NCBI GenBank assembly: GCA_051313645.2
Contig: JBNRSN020000001.1
Span: 54,126,001-54,190,000 of the forward strand
DNA length: 64,000 nucleotides
Direction of reading: 5' to 3'
Source of the DNA: Centroscyllium fabricii
Lineage: Eukaryota
Part shown: positions 38,281 through 50,589 of the stretch, piece after piece
Position numbering within the stretch: position 1 is the stretch's first letter
Layout: each line of letters begins with the position of its first letter
Program-made: the position numbers and the translations under genes
Notes under the pieces: model-generated
Told to the model about the DNA's origin: nothing
What the model saw: only the letters and a program-made list of their open reading frames with translations
Database searches by the model: none

Positions 38281-39536
38281 TAAGGTACTTATCTACTGCA
38301 ATAAATCCAGCGGAACCAATCAAATTCAGATGTGTTCAGTTTTCTAGCCTTCATATACAGTTACTTCTAAAATTAAAATAAATTAACCTTACCTCTTGTT
38401 GGCGGTCTGCCCTGCTCATTGGGTACAAATTTCATACAGCGGTCCTGCTGCAGGTGTTAGGTTCCTCATTAAGATATTTACTAGGGCTAAGGTAAATTTT
38501 AGGCATCCGCCGGTGTGGTATATGGACAACCTACACCTGTGTACTGATGATGCTAGACTCTACCTCGGCATCACCTCTCTATATCACCCCGGTGCTATCC
38601 GATTGCCTGTGCCTTTAATGATGGTGCTGGGCACTGTATCATGTGATGCCACCAGGCTGCAGTACCCTTACCAGCCACTGTCGTGTATATAAGCTTGTGT
38701 GTGTAGTTTCTATTCAGTCCTCTACTAGACTCTGCTGTGAGCTACATGTAAATATATTAGCGCGAGGAGCGCTACTGGTGAAGTTGTGATTTTACCATGC
38801 ACAGTAAACATCACCCAGTTTAGAACCTTAACCTGAGTCTGTTGTTATTCGTCCTCCTAATAACATAGACTTAACAATGGCGACGAGGTCAATCGAACGC
38901 ATAGCTGTGCATTCGGCCACACTAGCAGAATGGTGAGAGTTCTTACCAGAACGGATCCATCAATGACCATGGCATGCCCTGCTCCTCGAGTCTAGGAGGG
39001 GCAGCGTTTTGAAGGAGGAACTCGGAGGCCTACACTCTGAAAGGAGAGTGGCGAGGCGCTTTGAAATGAGATCCAGCAGCAGCTTGCAGCAGACGGCACC
39101 AGCAGCCAGGAGAAGCTCAATACAGAAACCTGCAGAGATCAACACCGGCAATCACCAGTAGCAGCCTTCAGCGAACGGCTACAGCAGCCAGAGCAAGCCC
39201 CACACAGCGACCTGCAGAGTAAAACAGCAGCAGCCAGCTGAAGCTCCGCGGGGGGCGGGGGGGGGGGGAGAAGGCCAGCAGAAATCGGTATCCAGCTCCA
39301 GCTCCAGCGGCAGGGAGACCACAGAGAGGGGGTAACGGAGAGGGTCGTTGAGAACCAGAGACGGTTCTCCGACCCGAGGTAAGCAATTGGTGACCAGACC
39401 GCAGGGGGGAAGGAAAAACCTGGCGGGGAAGAGGCGCTAGGGCGGGAAACAGCATTTCTTAGCGCGAAAAGGCTGGAAGAGAAGAGCAGGGGGACGGGGG
39501 CAGACGCCCGAGCGAGAGGAAAAAAAAAGGGGAGGA

Positions 39537-39783
39537 CCGGAAGTGACACGCAAGGGGGCGGGACCAGACCCCCGATCGAGCGCGAAAAGCACCAGAAGTG
39601 ATGCGCAAGGGGGCGGGACCAGACGCCCGATCGAGCGTGAAAAGAACCGGAAGTGACGCGCAAGGGGGCGGGACCAGACGCCCGATCGAGCGCGCAAGGA
39701 CTGGAAGTGACGCGCAGGGGGGCGGGACCAGACGCCCGATCGAACGGAAGAGAAGCGCAGAGGGCGGGACCAGACGCCATTTT
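39537..39783. promoter_or_regulatory. 55-bp tandem repeat with ETS-CRE (ccggaagtgacg) and GC-box motifs, ending in a YY1-type cgccatttt
   Basis: Four units starting at 39537, 39592, 39647 and 39701; function inferred from motifs only. Confidence 0.5.
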
Positions 39784-39799
39784 ACCCCAATAAGCAAGG

Positions 39800-40627
39800 A
39801 TGGGGGAACAGGAAAACAGAAACAGAGCAACACCCAGCGGATTTGGGACTTTTCAGCCTGGGAAAGAAGACTGGGAAGCGTACTTAGAACGATTCGACAT
39901 ATACTGCGAGGTGCAGACAATAGCTGAAGATAACAAATTAAAGGTTTTGTTAAATTCTCTAGGACCCGAAACATATGGGTTATTGCGAACACTGGTATCA
40001 CCAACGAGACCAGTGGACAAATCACTGCAAGAAGTGAAAGAGATTCTAAGGGAGAATTTAAACCCCAAACCCCACTTTATCGCAGAAAGGTTCAAATTCT
40101 TCAAAAGGGAACAGCTGAAAGAGGAGACCCAGTCAGAATATTTGACAGAGCTTCGACGCTTGTCAAAACACTGTGAGTTTGGGGATGAATTAATGACCAA
40201 CTTGAGAGATAGGTTCATTTGCGGCATAATAGACGAGGCCACCCAGAAGAGGTTACTGGCCAAAAAGACTTTAACGCTAGAACAAGCGGTTGAGATAGCC
40301 GCAGTCCACGAGGCCACTGCAGCAGGGGCAGCTCAGCTAAGGAACAGTGGGGGTTGTGCAGAAGCCCACAAGATTTCTTGGAACAAGAAAAAGTGCTTCA
40401 GGTGTGGCAAGTCCACACACGACCAAAACAACTGCTGGGCCAAAGACAAAGATTGCCGGCAGTGTGCCAAGATAGGCCACATTGCAGCGGTATGCCGGTC
40501 CGGAAATCTGACAAAAGGGCCAAGAATACAAAACTATAAACAGGGCAGGGCCAAGAAGGTCCACGATATTACAGAGGACGGTTCAGGGAGTGAACCAGAG
40601 GACCAGGGCAGAGAGCACTGGGGCTAG
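39800..40627 (+). CDS. gag: Gag with two zinc knuckles
   Basis: WEAYLERF, LRDRFICG, CFRCGKSTHDQNNC, CRQCAKIGHIAAVC. Confidence 0.9.
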   Translation: MGEQENRNRATPSGFGTFQPGKEDWEAYLERFDIYCEVQTIAEDNKLKVLLNSLGPETYGLLRTLVSPTRPVDKSLQEVKEILRENLNPKPHFIAERFKFFKREQLKEETQSEYLTELRRLSKHCEFGDELMTNLRDRFICGIIDEATQKRLLAKKTLTLEQAVEIAAVHEATAAGAAQLRNSGGCAEAHKISWNKKKCFRCGKSTHDQNNCWAKDKDCRQCAKIGHIAAVCRSGNLTKGPRIQNYKQGRAKKVHDITEDGSGSEPEDQGREHWG

Positions 40628-40647
40628 GAAGCCCAACGGTCCATAAC

Positions 40648-41724
40648 ATGGGCACAAAATCGGACCGGGACCGGAAGATTATGTGGATTCCCCTCAAGGT
40701 GGCAATGGAGCTTGACACAGGGTCAGCTCTGTCCGTGATAAATGAACGGTTTTATAAGGAAACCTTTAAGGGGATTCCCCTAGAACAGTCACCCGTAATG
40801 TTTAAAACATATACGGGACAGAAGTTCAGGACTTTGGGACGGTTAGCCGTCTCAGTGAAATACGAAGGCAAGCAGACTAAAGGCCTTTACCTATACGTAC
40901 TGAAAGATGGCAGAACACCACTCTTGGGACGTGAATGGATAAACAAAATCCATATAGATTGGAACTCTACCCAGGATTTACAGATAAAGGGTGAAGAAAA
41001 TAATACAGCCACATCAGACAGACTGGAGATACACCAAAGACATATATCTCGTCTGACTCAGGGGCTGAAGGAAGCCCGAGACCAAATTGATTTGTTGTGG
41101 ACTGCACAAAACGAGCGAAAGCATCAACACATCGGATCACGGTTGAACGGAGCTGGACTGAGTTACGCACCTCAATCACGGATATCAGCAAGCACCCCAG
41201 ACACACAAAGGGGCTGCAAGGACTTGGCTAGCAATAGCCAGAGGCCAGTAGTCGACTTTATATCTGGAAAGAACGCTAATAAGAAGAAAGGTCTTCTGAA
41301 TAACCTTCCTGTGATTTCAAATAGGACTGCTACTTCAGAAATTTGCGCAGTCCCTGGTGGTGACTCTACTTCAGAAATACTCAAACTTGACTTGAACAAG
41401 AAGGCTGATGTCAAGGACCAAGAGATCAGTTGTCTCCAGATTAGTTTTGAAGGTCGGGTGAAATTTCTACAAGCTGAGCTACAAACCTCTAAAGCTACAG
41501 TGGCTGCTTCGCAGGACAGAAATGAGTCACTGGAAGATATGAACCAACTTAAGTCGCAGATGCAGGAGCTGCATGAAACAAACAAGGCACTGCAAGACGA
41601 TTTGCACGAGGCCAAGGAACAAAATAAGGATCTCCAGACACAGCTGAGCTCCAAAATAACTGACTATGAGAGCAAATTGGAGCAGCTTTCAACTGGCAGG
41701 GACGAAAAGCAACAAAGAGACTGA
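40648..41724 (+). CDS. Aspartic protease followed by a long coiled-coil region; frameshifted from gag; continuation fragments to 42063
   Basis: MELDTGSALS, LLGREW, then E/K/Q/L-rich heptads. Confidence 0.8.
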   Translation: MGTKSDRDRKIMWIPLKVAMELDTGSALSVINERFYKETFKGIPLEQSPVMFKTYTGQKFRTLGRLAVSVKYEGKQTKGLYLYVLKDGRTPLLGREWINKIHIDWNSTQDLQIKGEENNTATSDRLEIHQRHISRLTQGLKEARDQIDLLWTAQNERKHQHIGSRLNGAGLSYAPQSRISASTPDTQRGCKDLASNSQRPVVDFISGKNANKKKGLLNNLPVISNRTATSEICAVPGGDSTSEILKLDLNKKADVKDQEISCLQISFEGRVKFLQAELQTSKATVAASQDRNESLEDMNQLKSQMQELHETNKALQDDLHEAKEQNKDLQTQLSSKITDYESKLEQLSTGRDEKQQRD

Positions 41725-43049
41725 GAAGAACTGGCTAGTAGTACAGAACCTTCTTGAACAGGCAACTGAAGAGGTTGATGAAATTAAGGAGAACTGGCTG
41801 TAATGGAGCAGGAGAAAGAGCTATTGGCGGAAGGGAAGGCGGAGTTGGAAAGAAAACGTGATCGCATGATTGCTCAACTCGGGAAACTGGGTTGGTCCGA
41901 GGGGACAGCTGAAGAGCAAGGCTATCCAGAGATGATGGATGCCGAATGGCTTGGAAGCCACGGCTACCAGTTTGCTGATGAAAGCGATGAAAGCCATACA
42001 GTCAAGGAACCGAACACAAAAACAAAGAAACAACACCGTCGGAGAAAAACTAGAAAGCATTGAATGTTAAAATTGTTACCAATGTTAGAACATTCAAATG
42101 TATAGAGTGGATGCACCATGGTAAGGAAGAGTACAAAGTGACAAATGTACGTTAATTATTGTTGTAAAAATGTTATTTCAAATTAGAGAATGTAACGTGG
42201 AACATTCGAACTAAAAAAAATATTGTTTGTACGAAAAAGGTTATACTGAGTGGAATGGGTTAAAAATGATGGTAAGAGTCTAGCTAGCATCGAACAATGT
42301 ATGTAACAAAAGTTAATTGTTATACTTCCAAGTGTACTTATCATCGTACCCGTATGATTGAATTAGGAAGGGAGGAATGTGGTGTATGGACAACATACAC
42401 CTATGTACTGATGATGCTAGACTCTACCTCGGCATCACCTCTCTATATCACCCTGGTGCTATCCGATTGCCTGTGCCTTTAAGGATGGTGCTGGGCACTG
42501 TATCATGTGATGCCACCAGGCTGCAGTACCCTTACTAGCCACTGTCGTGTATATAAGCTTGTGTGTGTAGTTTCTATTCAGTCCTCTACTAGACTCTGCT
42601 GTGAGCTTCATGTAAATATGTTAGCGCGAGGAGCGCTACTGGTGAAGTTGTGATTTTACCATGCACAGTAAACATCACCCAGTTTAGAACCTTAACCTGA
42701 GTCTGTCGTTATTCGTCCTCCTAATAACATAGACTTAACAGCCGGGACATCTAAAAGATGGACCCCTCAAATTTAGCAATTGGACCAATGCCTGCGCAGA
42801 TTGGGCACAGGCTGTCCCACGAATCAATTGGTGTTATTCTGGTCCATTATAAACTCGAAAAATGGGCACAACGCATACAAATGACTACCCCACTGTTTCT
42901 GCAGATGGGAACAGGAAGCACAGATTTAAGATAATAACAAAAAGGATTAAAGGGGAGGTGAGAATGTGGAATTCTGTGACTTTAAAGCGATGTTGAAGTG
43001 GAGACGATAAATTATTTATTGATAAACACCAGCCAAGTCTTGATAGTAT

Positions 43050-43520
43050 CAGCTGTGGCTCAGTTTGTAGCACTCTCGCCTCTGAGTCAGAGGGTTGTGG
43101 GTTCAAGTCACATTGCAGAGATTTGAGCTCAATAAATCTAGGCTGACAAGCCCAGTGCAGTGCTGAGGGAGTGCTGCACTGTCGGAGGCGCTGTCTTTCA
43201 GATGAGACGTTAAACCGAGGCCCTGTCTGCCCTCTCAACTGGATGTAAAAAATCACACAGCACTATTTCAAAGAAGAGCATTGGAGTTCTCCCCGGTGTC
43301 CTGGCCAATACTTATCCAACATCCAACATAACAAAAACAGATTGTCTGGCCATTATCACATTGCTGCTTGTGGGAGCTTGCTGTGCACAAATTGGCTGAT
43401 GTGTTTCCTACATCACAACAGTGACTGCACTTCAAAAGTACTACATTGGTTGTAAAGTGCTTTGCGTTTTCCTGAGGTCATGAAAGGCGCTATAGAAATG
43501 CAAGTATTTCTTTTCTTTTT
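43050..43520 (+). mobile_element. Full-length SacSINE1/DeuSINE-type SINE
   Basis: tRNA-like head (gtggctcag...gggttcaagtc), Deu-like body and L2 tail aaaggcgctatagaaatgcaag. Confidence 0.85.
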
Positions 43521-44270
43521 ATAGGACAGATCACTTCTGTCATCTCAAATTCACCTGCCATCAATTCCATCAGCATTGATGCCTTTGAAGCCATCTCACC
43601 TTGGGCCTCAGAATCCGTCCATGATCAGCCCCAACACCAGCAGCACCAGGCACACCAGCAGCGCCAACAACAACACCAACCGTCTCCACAATCAGCTGAT
43701 GCTGCACAGGACACAGGGCAGCCTGACCACATTGCTGCCCGGGAGGCCAGGAATGGGCTCACATGGCCAGATTTACTTCACTTGATGCTGTACACCCTGG
43801 CTGCCACATGATGCACCATTTTGGCACCACCCCACACCAACACCATAAAGCATCCCTACAAAGCCCAAGCCATTCCTTTCACACTCACCATCATTGCGGG
43901 GGTACCGTTATGTCTCACCATTCACTGCAACTCACTAAGCCACTTCCAAAGGTGCACACAGGTCTGTCCAAGAATGCAAAGTGTTGAAAATAAATATTTA
44001 AATATTTGACAGCACATTAACAGAAACTTCACATGAACATTGACTAAAACACCCAAATGCCAATAGTGGTATGATTGGACTGGTATGAGGGTAAGTGTGA
44101 GGGGTGGCTAGTGAGATGGGGAAGTGAGAATGTAGATAGAGAGGGATAGGTGGAGGTGCAAGGTAAGTTGGTGTGAGTAAGGATGTTCAGGAGTAGGGTA
44201 GGGAAGGCAGAGTGATGGGGATGTGCTGAGAGGCACAGCAGGATGATGTTGAGTGTGGCTTTGTACTAAC

Positions 44271-44492
44271 GTTTCCTGATCTACTGAGATCATTGAAAGG
44301 TTTGCATGACTGCAGCCTGGTTGTCCTGACGGCATCCCTGCTTGCATCCTCCTGTGCAATGTGCAACCAGACTGCATTGGTCTCCTGGGAAAGTCTCTTC
44401 TTCCCATGGGAAGGGAAGAGAACCTCCCTATGTGCTGTGACTCACGCCATAAGCATATGGAGGGAGTCATGGGAGAGGCTGGGTGCAGCTGT
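44271..44492 (-). pseudogene. Decayed Harbinger Myb/SANT-like exon within a Harbinger remnant (about 43530-44760)
   Basis: AAPSLSHDSLHMLMA*VTAHREVLFPSHGKKRLSQETNAVWLHIAQEDASRDAVRTTRLQSCKPFNDLSRSG, then a gttagt donor. Confidence 0.7.
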
Positions 44493-45954
44493 GCACCTCT
44501 GTGCAGTGCTTATCAGTGTTTGCAACACTTCAATGCTGTAGAATACTGACAGCAGAACAGTCAAATCAATTTGCGCATGGTCCCTTTAAGGAAACCGGCT
44601 GATGACGCATCGTCAAGTGGGTGGGAAACACGCTGGGCGGGGCTTAACAAGCTCCAATCAGGGGAAAGTTATTTTCACGCAGCGCGATGGAGCTAGCAGC
44701 AGGGTCACACCCCGCCACCAAAGCCGACTGCACCGGACCCGCCTTGGTAGGCAAAATCATGGCCTATATATTTGGATCAAAATGCTGAAGTTATTTGCAA
44801 TTATTTACTAGGTGTACATTAATTGTCCAGCGTTTGCGATCTAACAACTGTTATGAAATAGATTTAAAGGAAGTAGAAGATTTAGATTTTAATTTGAGAC
44901 AGAAATGGTTGTTTGGGGATGTTCCTATTATTGAATGATTAGTTGCACCAAATGACCTTTTGCCGTTTTGTTTTCTTATATTCTAAACTGCAGCCCACTT
45001 CAGAGTGATCACAATCAGTGCCCAAAGTTCAAAAGAACAAGCTCAACAATGAGACTCAACCCATAACACAGTTATTCATTTAAATTGAACATCAAAGTGA
45101 TGAATATGCGCATTGTTTTAAGTACGTGGAAAAACAAACTCGACAGAATAAAAGGTTTCTTTCTCTGGACAATGTCAGCCACATCTATATGTGAACACAA
45201 TCTTTTCATCACACAATTTCAAATTAATTAGTTGGAGTACTTCTAAGCGCTTTCATCTAGGCCATGATATAGAAGAGCATGCATTAGGCACTTCCTGTTT
45301 ACCCCTTACATTTTGCATGTTTTGAAAAGAACACTTCCACATTCAATGCAAACTGTTGAAAGTCTTAATGCACAATATTGACAGACTGATAGGACAACAA
45401 ATTATACAGTAGGCTGAATGCCAATATGATTAAAAATCTAGTTGAGCGGAGGCGACACAAAGCAGAAATAGGCTGGCTTATCTTTAATTTCAAGAAATGT
45501 GATGATTTTGCGGCTTCAAGCTGTCCATTAAGAAATCATCACCATGTTATACTTCTTCTAGTTTTTTAAAAAACAGGTTTGTGAAACATGATTCTAATTC
45601 TGCTGCATCAATGCTTTTCATTTCCATATTCCTGGCTGCTTTGAAATCTGCTTCATAGCGTACAAAACTACAATGTACCATAACGTTATGCTACAATCCA
45701 AGCATGGATGCTTTTTCGGCAGGGCAGTTACCTTGCCATACCCAAACTCCTTAGAACTGAGCGTTTTCGATGGTCTGTTTCCAGAATATTCACTTTGGAC
45801 TGTTTACCTAATTAAAATATTATTGTCACAAAGGTGACGTTAACATGCATAACAGTGACAGTCTTAAAAAGACTGCAATAACTGGATTTGTCAATTGGCA
45901 TTAAATTGACCTCAATCGATTGCCGTTAGTTTAAAGCCAGCGGTAATCCATTTA

Positions 45955-46890
45955 AAATAAAAACAAAAAATGCTGGAAATACTCAGCAGGTCAGGCATCA
46001 TCTGTGGAGAGAGAAACAGAGTTAACGGGGGGGGGGGGATTTTCATGTCCCCATGAGGCGGGTTTTCGGCGACTCGGCCGGGAAAATAGTGCAACCAGTA
46101 GGTCATGACCCCCCCGCCGTATCCCTGCTGCTTTTACATTTTCCCCCGCCTTGACTCCCCGCCCTGAAACCTTCCCAACGCCGGCCGGCGGGGGTGGGTT
46201 GTTACCTCGTTAAGCGTTAAGAGCCCTTAATTGGCATGTTTAATGCCATTTCAAGGGCCCTCAGTCATTTTGAGCTGTTTTCCACCCTAACCCCATCACC
46301 TTTATCCCCGCTGGGTGAAACCCAGCGGGAGCACAGCGCTGGTTATAACTTTCTCCTTCAAGGTGTGAAGGACATGCTGCCAAATGCTTGGCATGCCTCC
46401 AGCACCTTTGAGGTGTAAGTTACTCCATTCTGTCTGCACCAGCTGTGAGCAAAAACGGAGACATCTCACCTCTGCACATTTGCTTACAGCCGGTGCGAGC
46501 TGTCAAGGATTCTGAGCCCACCCGCCCACCTGTCAGTCACCAGCACTTGGCCTTTCCCATTGGTTCCACTCGACTGTGATGTCACAGTTGAGTGTTTCCA
46601 TGGGAACTGTCAACAACCAGTGCTGGAACTGTCAATCAAACTCCTCGCAGCCCCGCTGGAGCCCGACTGGATTGAGTTAATTACCACCCGCTGCCGCCGG
46701 CGGCGATTTAACAACCCAATTAAATTAAAATTGCGTGGCCTTCCCAGCTGTTTGGGCGGGTGGGACAGGAAGCCGCCCTGACCAATCCCCGCCAGGTTCC
46801 CGCCCTTCCAGCAAAGTCCCCCCCAATGTTTCAGGTTGATGACCTGTGATCAGAATTGGAAAAAGTTATGGATGTAACAGATTGTTAAGT
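45955..46890 (-). mobile_element. Penelope pLTR fragment split by a MITE
   Basis: tgctggaaatactcagcaggtc...gagttaac | gtttcaggttgatgacc. Confidence 0.75.
46027..46824. mobile_element. Harbinger-type MITE
   Basis: TIRs gggggggatttt / aaagtccccccc; TSD aac/aat. Confidence 0.8.
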
Positions 46891-47329
46891 ATATTTAAAA
46901 TGAATTATTGCTGAAATTTGAGTAATGCCAATCAGAATTCAAGGCCTAATGCTTTAAATACTGAATATAATTTGTGATATTTTGTCTCACACGATATTCC
47001 TCTAGATTTGCACTATTTCATACACAATGATGCTTTTCATTTTGCTACAATTTTGCATTCTGTATCCTTGGATAAATGTGTTCCTAGTTAGAAATGACAA
47101 ACTCAAAGCTCTATAGGACAAATTTTCCACATGTGCACTCCCTGCATGTTGTCTTGCATATTGGAAAATCATAGGACCTCAGCTGATAGGTTCTCACCCA
47201 TTAAATCGTGAGTTGTCCATGTGTGATGACAAGGCAGAGGAACTACATAATGGGAGTCGACAATCGGAGCATTTCTGTATTTTTTACCAATTTTCTCCAG
47301 TAGTTTTGACCCCTTCACTGCCTCCTTCC

Positions 47330-47670
47330 TGGGGCACAGTTTCAGGGGCAATGGTCACCAGCTGCTACTTTGCCCAATAATCATGCGTGGGCCGCGATAA
47401 GTGTCAGTCGGCTCTTCTGATTGTGGGGAGCATAGCAACCAAGCCCGATCCAAACCTCATCAGATGTCCACACTCAGCAGAGGGCATCGGACCTCGATCA
47501 GAGGTGTAAACACTGACCAGTTCTGTCTTACCTACACTTAGGAGCAGCGAGTGCAATTGTAGCTACCGCTGCCACATCAGATTAACTCAGCATCAGACCA
47601 GGGTCGAATCTGGAAGCCTTCTAGCCTGCGTAATCCAATTACTCACTGGATAAACTGACCGAGCCATCAT
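47330..47670 (-). mobile_element. Ancient tRNA-derived SINE (UCON3-like)
   Basis: Reverse complement has a gatggctc.g...attcgaccctggtctg head and gtgtggacatc.gatgagg body; heavily diverged, recognised from memory. Confidence 0.4.
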
Positions 47671-48039
47671 TGGAACTAGTAAAGCATCATTTCAACAACA
47701 TTACCGGTGGCATATATCAAACGTACCATTCCAGGGTGCTGAGAAAATAGGTTCAACATGAAAGGTGCAAAACAAATAGTTTTAGCATAACTAACATATG
47801 CTGTGGCGAAATACTTTTGTCCGGGCTTTTTTCTTTTTTTTTCTTGTTTTTTTCTTTAGTCTGCCAGAGCCGTTCACACCTATCCAGAGCCATCCGATGT
47901 TCCTTCAATTTCTCCGAATATCTCTTACCTTCCCCCGCCTTCTAGCCTGTTGCTGATCTTTCCTTTGTTCTTTCAGCCCCCCTCCCCCTTTCCCCAGCCC
48001 CCACAAGCTTTAAAATCTATCCCCCCTCCTGATTTCTCC

Positions 48040-48076
48040 AGTTCTGAAGAAAGGTCAGCGACCTGAAACGTTAACT
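48040..48076 (+). ncRNA. Minimal hammerhead ribozyme motif
   Basis: agtt-CTGAAGA-a-aggtc/gacct-GAAA-CGTT-aact; stem I agtt/aact; palindromic AACGTT stem III. Confidence 0.75.
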
Positions 48077-48284
48077 CTGTTTCTCTCTCCACCGATGCTG
48101 CCTGGCCTGCTGAGTTTTTCCTGCGTTTTCTGTTGTTGTTTCGGATTTACAGCATCCGCAGTATTTTGCTATCGTCGCTGTGGCTAAATAAGTTCATCCT
48201 GAAAATTTACAAAATAACAACAGAAAATGCTGGAAAAAACTCAGCAAGCCAGGCAGCATCGGTGGAGAGAGAAACAGAGTTAAC

Positions 48285-49197
48285 GGAGGGAATTTTTAAC
48301 AATGTGTGGGAAGCTGTCGGGTTTTGGGTGGGTCAGCTTTCTGTCCCGCCCGCCCAAGGACCTGGGAGGCTCGAGCGATTTTGGCTCAAGTAGCCAATTA
48401 AATCGCCGCCGGTCTGCTGGGCTTCCAATACACACTATTGGGCAGGAATGCAGCCCTTTCCATTCACAGTTTGAGTGGGGCGGGCTGTTGATTGACAGGC
48501 CTGAATAGCCTGAGTAGTAAGAAACCACTAAGCTTGATTGACAGTGTTCAAGTGGTTCCTTTGTTTCCATGTTGACACAGCCTTTGAAATGTCAGAGTCT
48601 GAAAGGGAACACTAAAACCACAAAACAAACAGTTGAAATGAGTCATTGTTTGTTTGTGGTTTCAATGGAATGTAAACAGAAATTGATCCCCTGAGTGATT
48701 GACAGCTTGGTTCACAGACAGTGCAGCATGCCAATCTCTATATGAATAGCAGGCATTTAAAGGTGAGTGATTTCTATGTTTTGGGGCTCTGAAGTTTACT
48801 ACCCTTGGGTGGCAGCTGCACCTCCAGCATGGTGGAGGCTAGCAAGCTGCTTTGTGAGTGCTGTACCCATGCCTTGAAGGTAGCAGACACCCAGCCGACT
48901 GGGTGTTCACCACCTTTCACTGGCGGGGTTCCCACCAGGCGGGTTTTGGGTGGGAAGAGGGCTAAAGTAGCTGAGGGCCCTTAAAATAGGATTATCCAGC
49001 CACTTAAGGGCCCTCAACGAGCTCACTAAGCATCCCCACCGGCGGCGGGCGCGAAACACGCGGGGCGGCAAAACCTGCCCGACGAAAATCCCAAATGGGC
49101 GGGGATCCGGCAGGGTGCCTTCCTGCCCACCGGAATTGCAAATTTAGTCCCCGTCCTGCCAGAAACCCGCCCTCGCGCCCCTCTGAAAATCCCCCCC
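48285..49197. mobile_element. Harbinger-type MITE related to 46027-46824, in opposite orientation
   Basis: TIRs ggagggaatttt / aaaatccccccc; TSD aac. Confidence 0.8.
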
Positions 49198-50589
49198 AAC
49201 GTTTCAGGTCGATGACCTTTCTTCAGAACTGGAGAGGGGATAGATTTGAAAGCTGGTGGGGGCTGGGGAAAGGGGGCGGGGCTGATAGAACAAAGGGGAT
49301 TTCAGTGACAGGCTGGAAGGCAGGGGAGATAATTGCTGTCTGGCCTGCTGAGTTTTTTCCAGCGTTTTCTGTTGTCATTTCCGATTTCCAGCATCTGCAG
49401 TATTTTGCTAAATGAAAATTTACAGCTCTGCGCACTCGAAATCGAACTGTGCTAATTTTCATTCTTAGTTAGCATACAGTATGAGCCGATTTGCCTTTGC
49501 CTGCATATTGATTTGATGCTTACAATGTACACTTAAAACATACATGGATGAATATGCAAATGGTTTGTGCAACAAAAGCTGAATTCCAAGTTCTTAACGC
49601 ACATCGTGGTCGCAGAAACTTATCATTGGCATAATTATTTCTATTGTAACAATCATGAAAATAATTATCACATGCACAGTGTTGAAGTTCACTCATGTGG
49701 AATCACTTTGTGAACCAACAGTTCATTTTGTATTCAACTGCTTGTATTTTTTTGTAAACCTCTCTTGCATGCTGTTTAGATACTGATTTATGGTTGCAGT
49801 TGCCTTCATTAGATGAAATGAGCTCCTAGCCTTATTATACATCCATGCTTGCTTCAAGAACTCAGTCTAATCCATTCATAACTCAGTGCCAATTCCCTGC
49901 AGCAACCTGGTTTGAAAACAGGAGCCAAGTTTTTGGGCTGTGAAGAATTGGATCCAATTACACTCAACAGTAGAAAAGCACAAAGCTGATTTTAATAGGA
50001 TTTCAGCTAAATAGGGATCAAAAAATCAAAAGCACGGGCAAAGAATTTTTCCATCTGTAATCGTAAAGCTTCCAGTACAGATTTAGCTTCACATTTTTTT
50101 TTTCTAATCTAAAAGGACTGCTGGGATTTCAAGAGTTTGAGGGATTATAAACGTATATGGAGAAGTGAATGATATGTTAAGTATCTGTGTCCCTAGCCAA
50201 AAAAGTTTCCTACGACTAATGGGTTGCACTACAATATAATCTCAATAGCATCTTTTAAGCGCGTTTCTTACCTTCATGTAGAGAACGTGGCTGAGAAAAT
50301 CGTCTTGGGCGGTGGTGCAAAACGGGTGGTATTGAATCGGTCGGCCTTTATACACAGAGCCTGAGATTCAGTTCCATTGCAGTCAAACCGCCCGATTCAA
50401 ATTTCTAGGCCTGTATGTCGATAGCTGTAACTTAATCATCCGGCTATTCAATATTTGCTGAGAAAATTATTTTCCAATGAATGCGGTATTTTGTTTTAAA
50501 TCAAAGCCCCCCAAAATTTCTGTCATAAACACAAGTAACAACAATGCTTTAAGGCGCACAGTGCCACAGAACGTGCCTGGAACATGACA

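Larger units (their letters stand above)
38514..42740 (+). mobile_element. Non-autonomous Mag-like LTR element A (Gag-PR-coiled coil; no RT/IN)
   Basis: 363-bp LTRs at 38514-38876 and 42378-42740 (about 9 differences); TSD gccgg; PBS tggcgacgagg at 38878; PPT aggaagggaggaa. Confidence 0.95.
47930..49410. mobile_element. Inverted Penelope pLTR copies, one split by a MITE
   Basis: 47990-48170 (+) mirrors 48212-48284 plus 49198-49280 (-); further + fragment at 49338-49410. Confidence 0.8.

Noticed and set aside
40600-40650. Programmed gag-pro frameshift in element A
   Set aside because: No slippery heptamer visible and element B is in frame, so more likely a post-insertion indel
40990-42063. 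Coiled-coil region as an env gene
   Set aside because: No signal peptide, fusion peptide or transmembrane segment visible; it is fused to the protease
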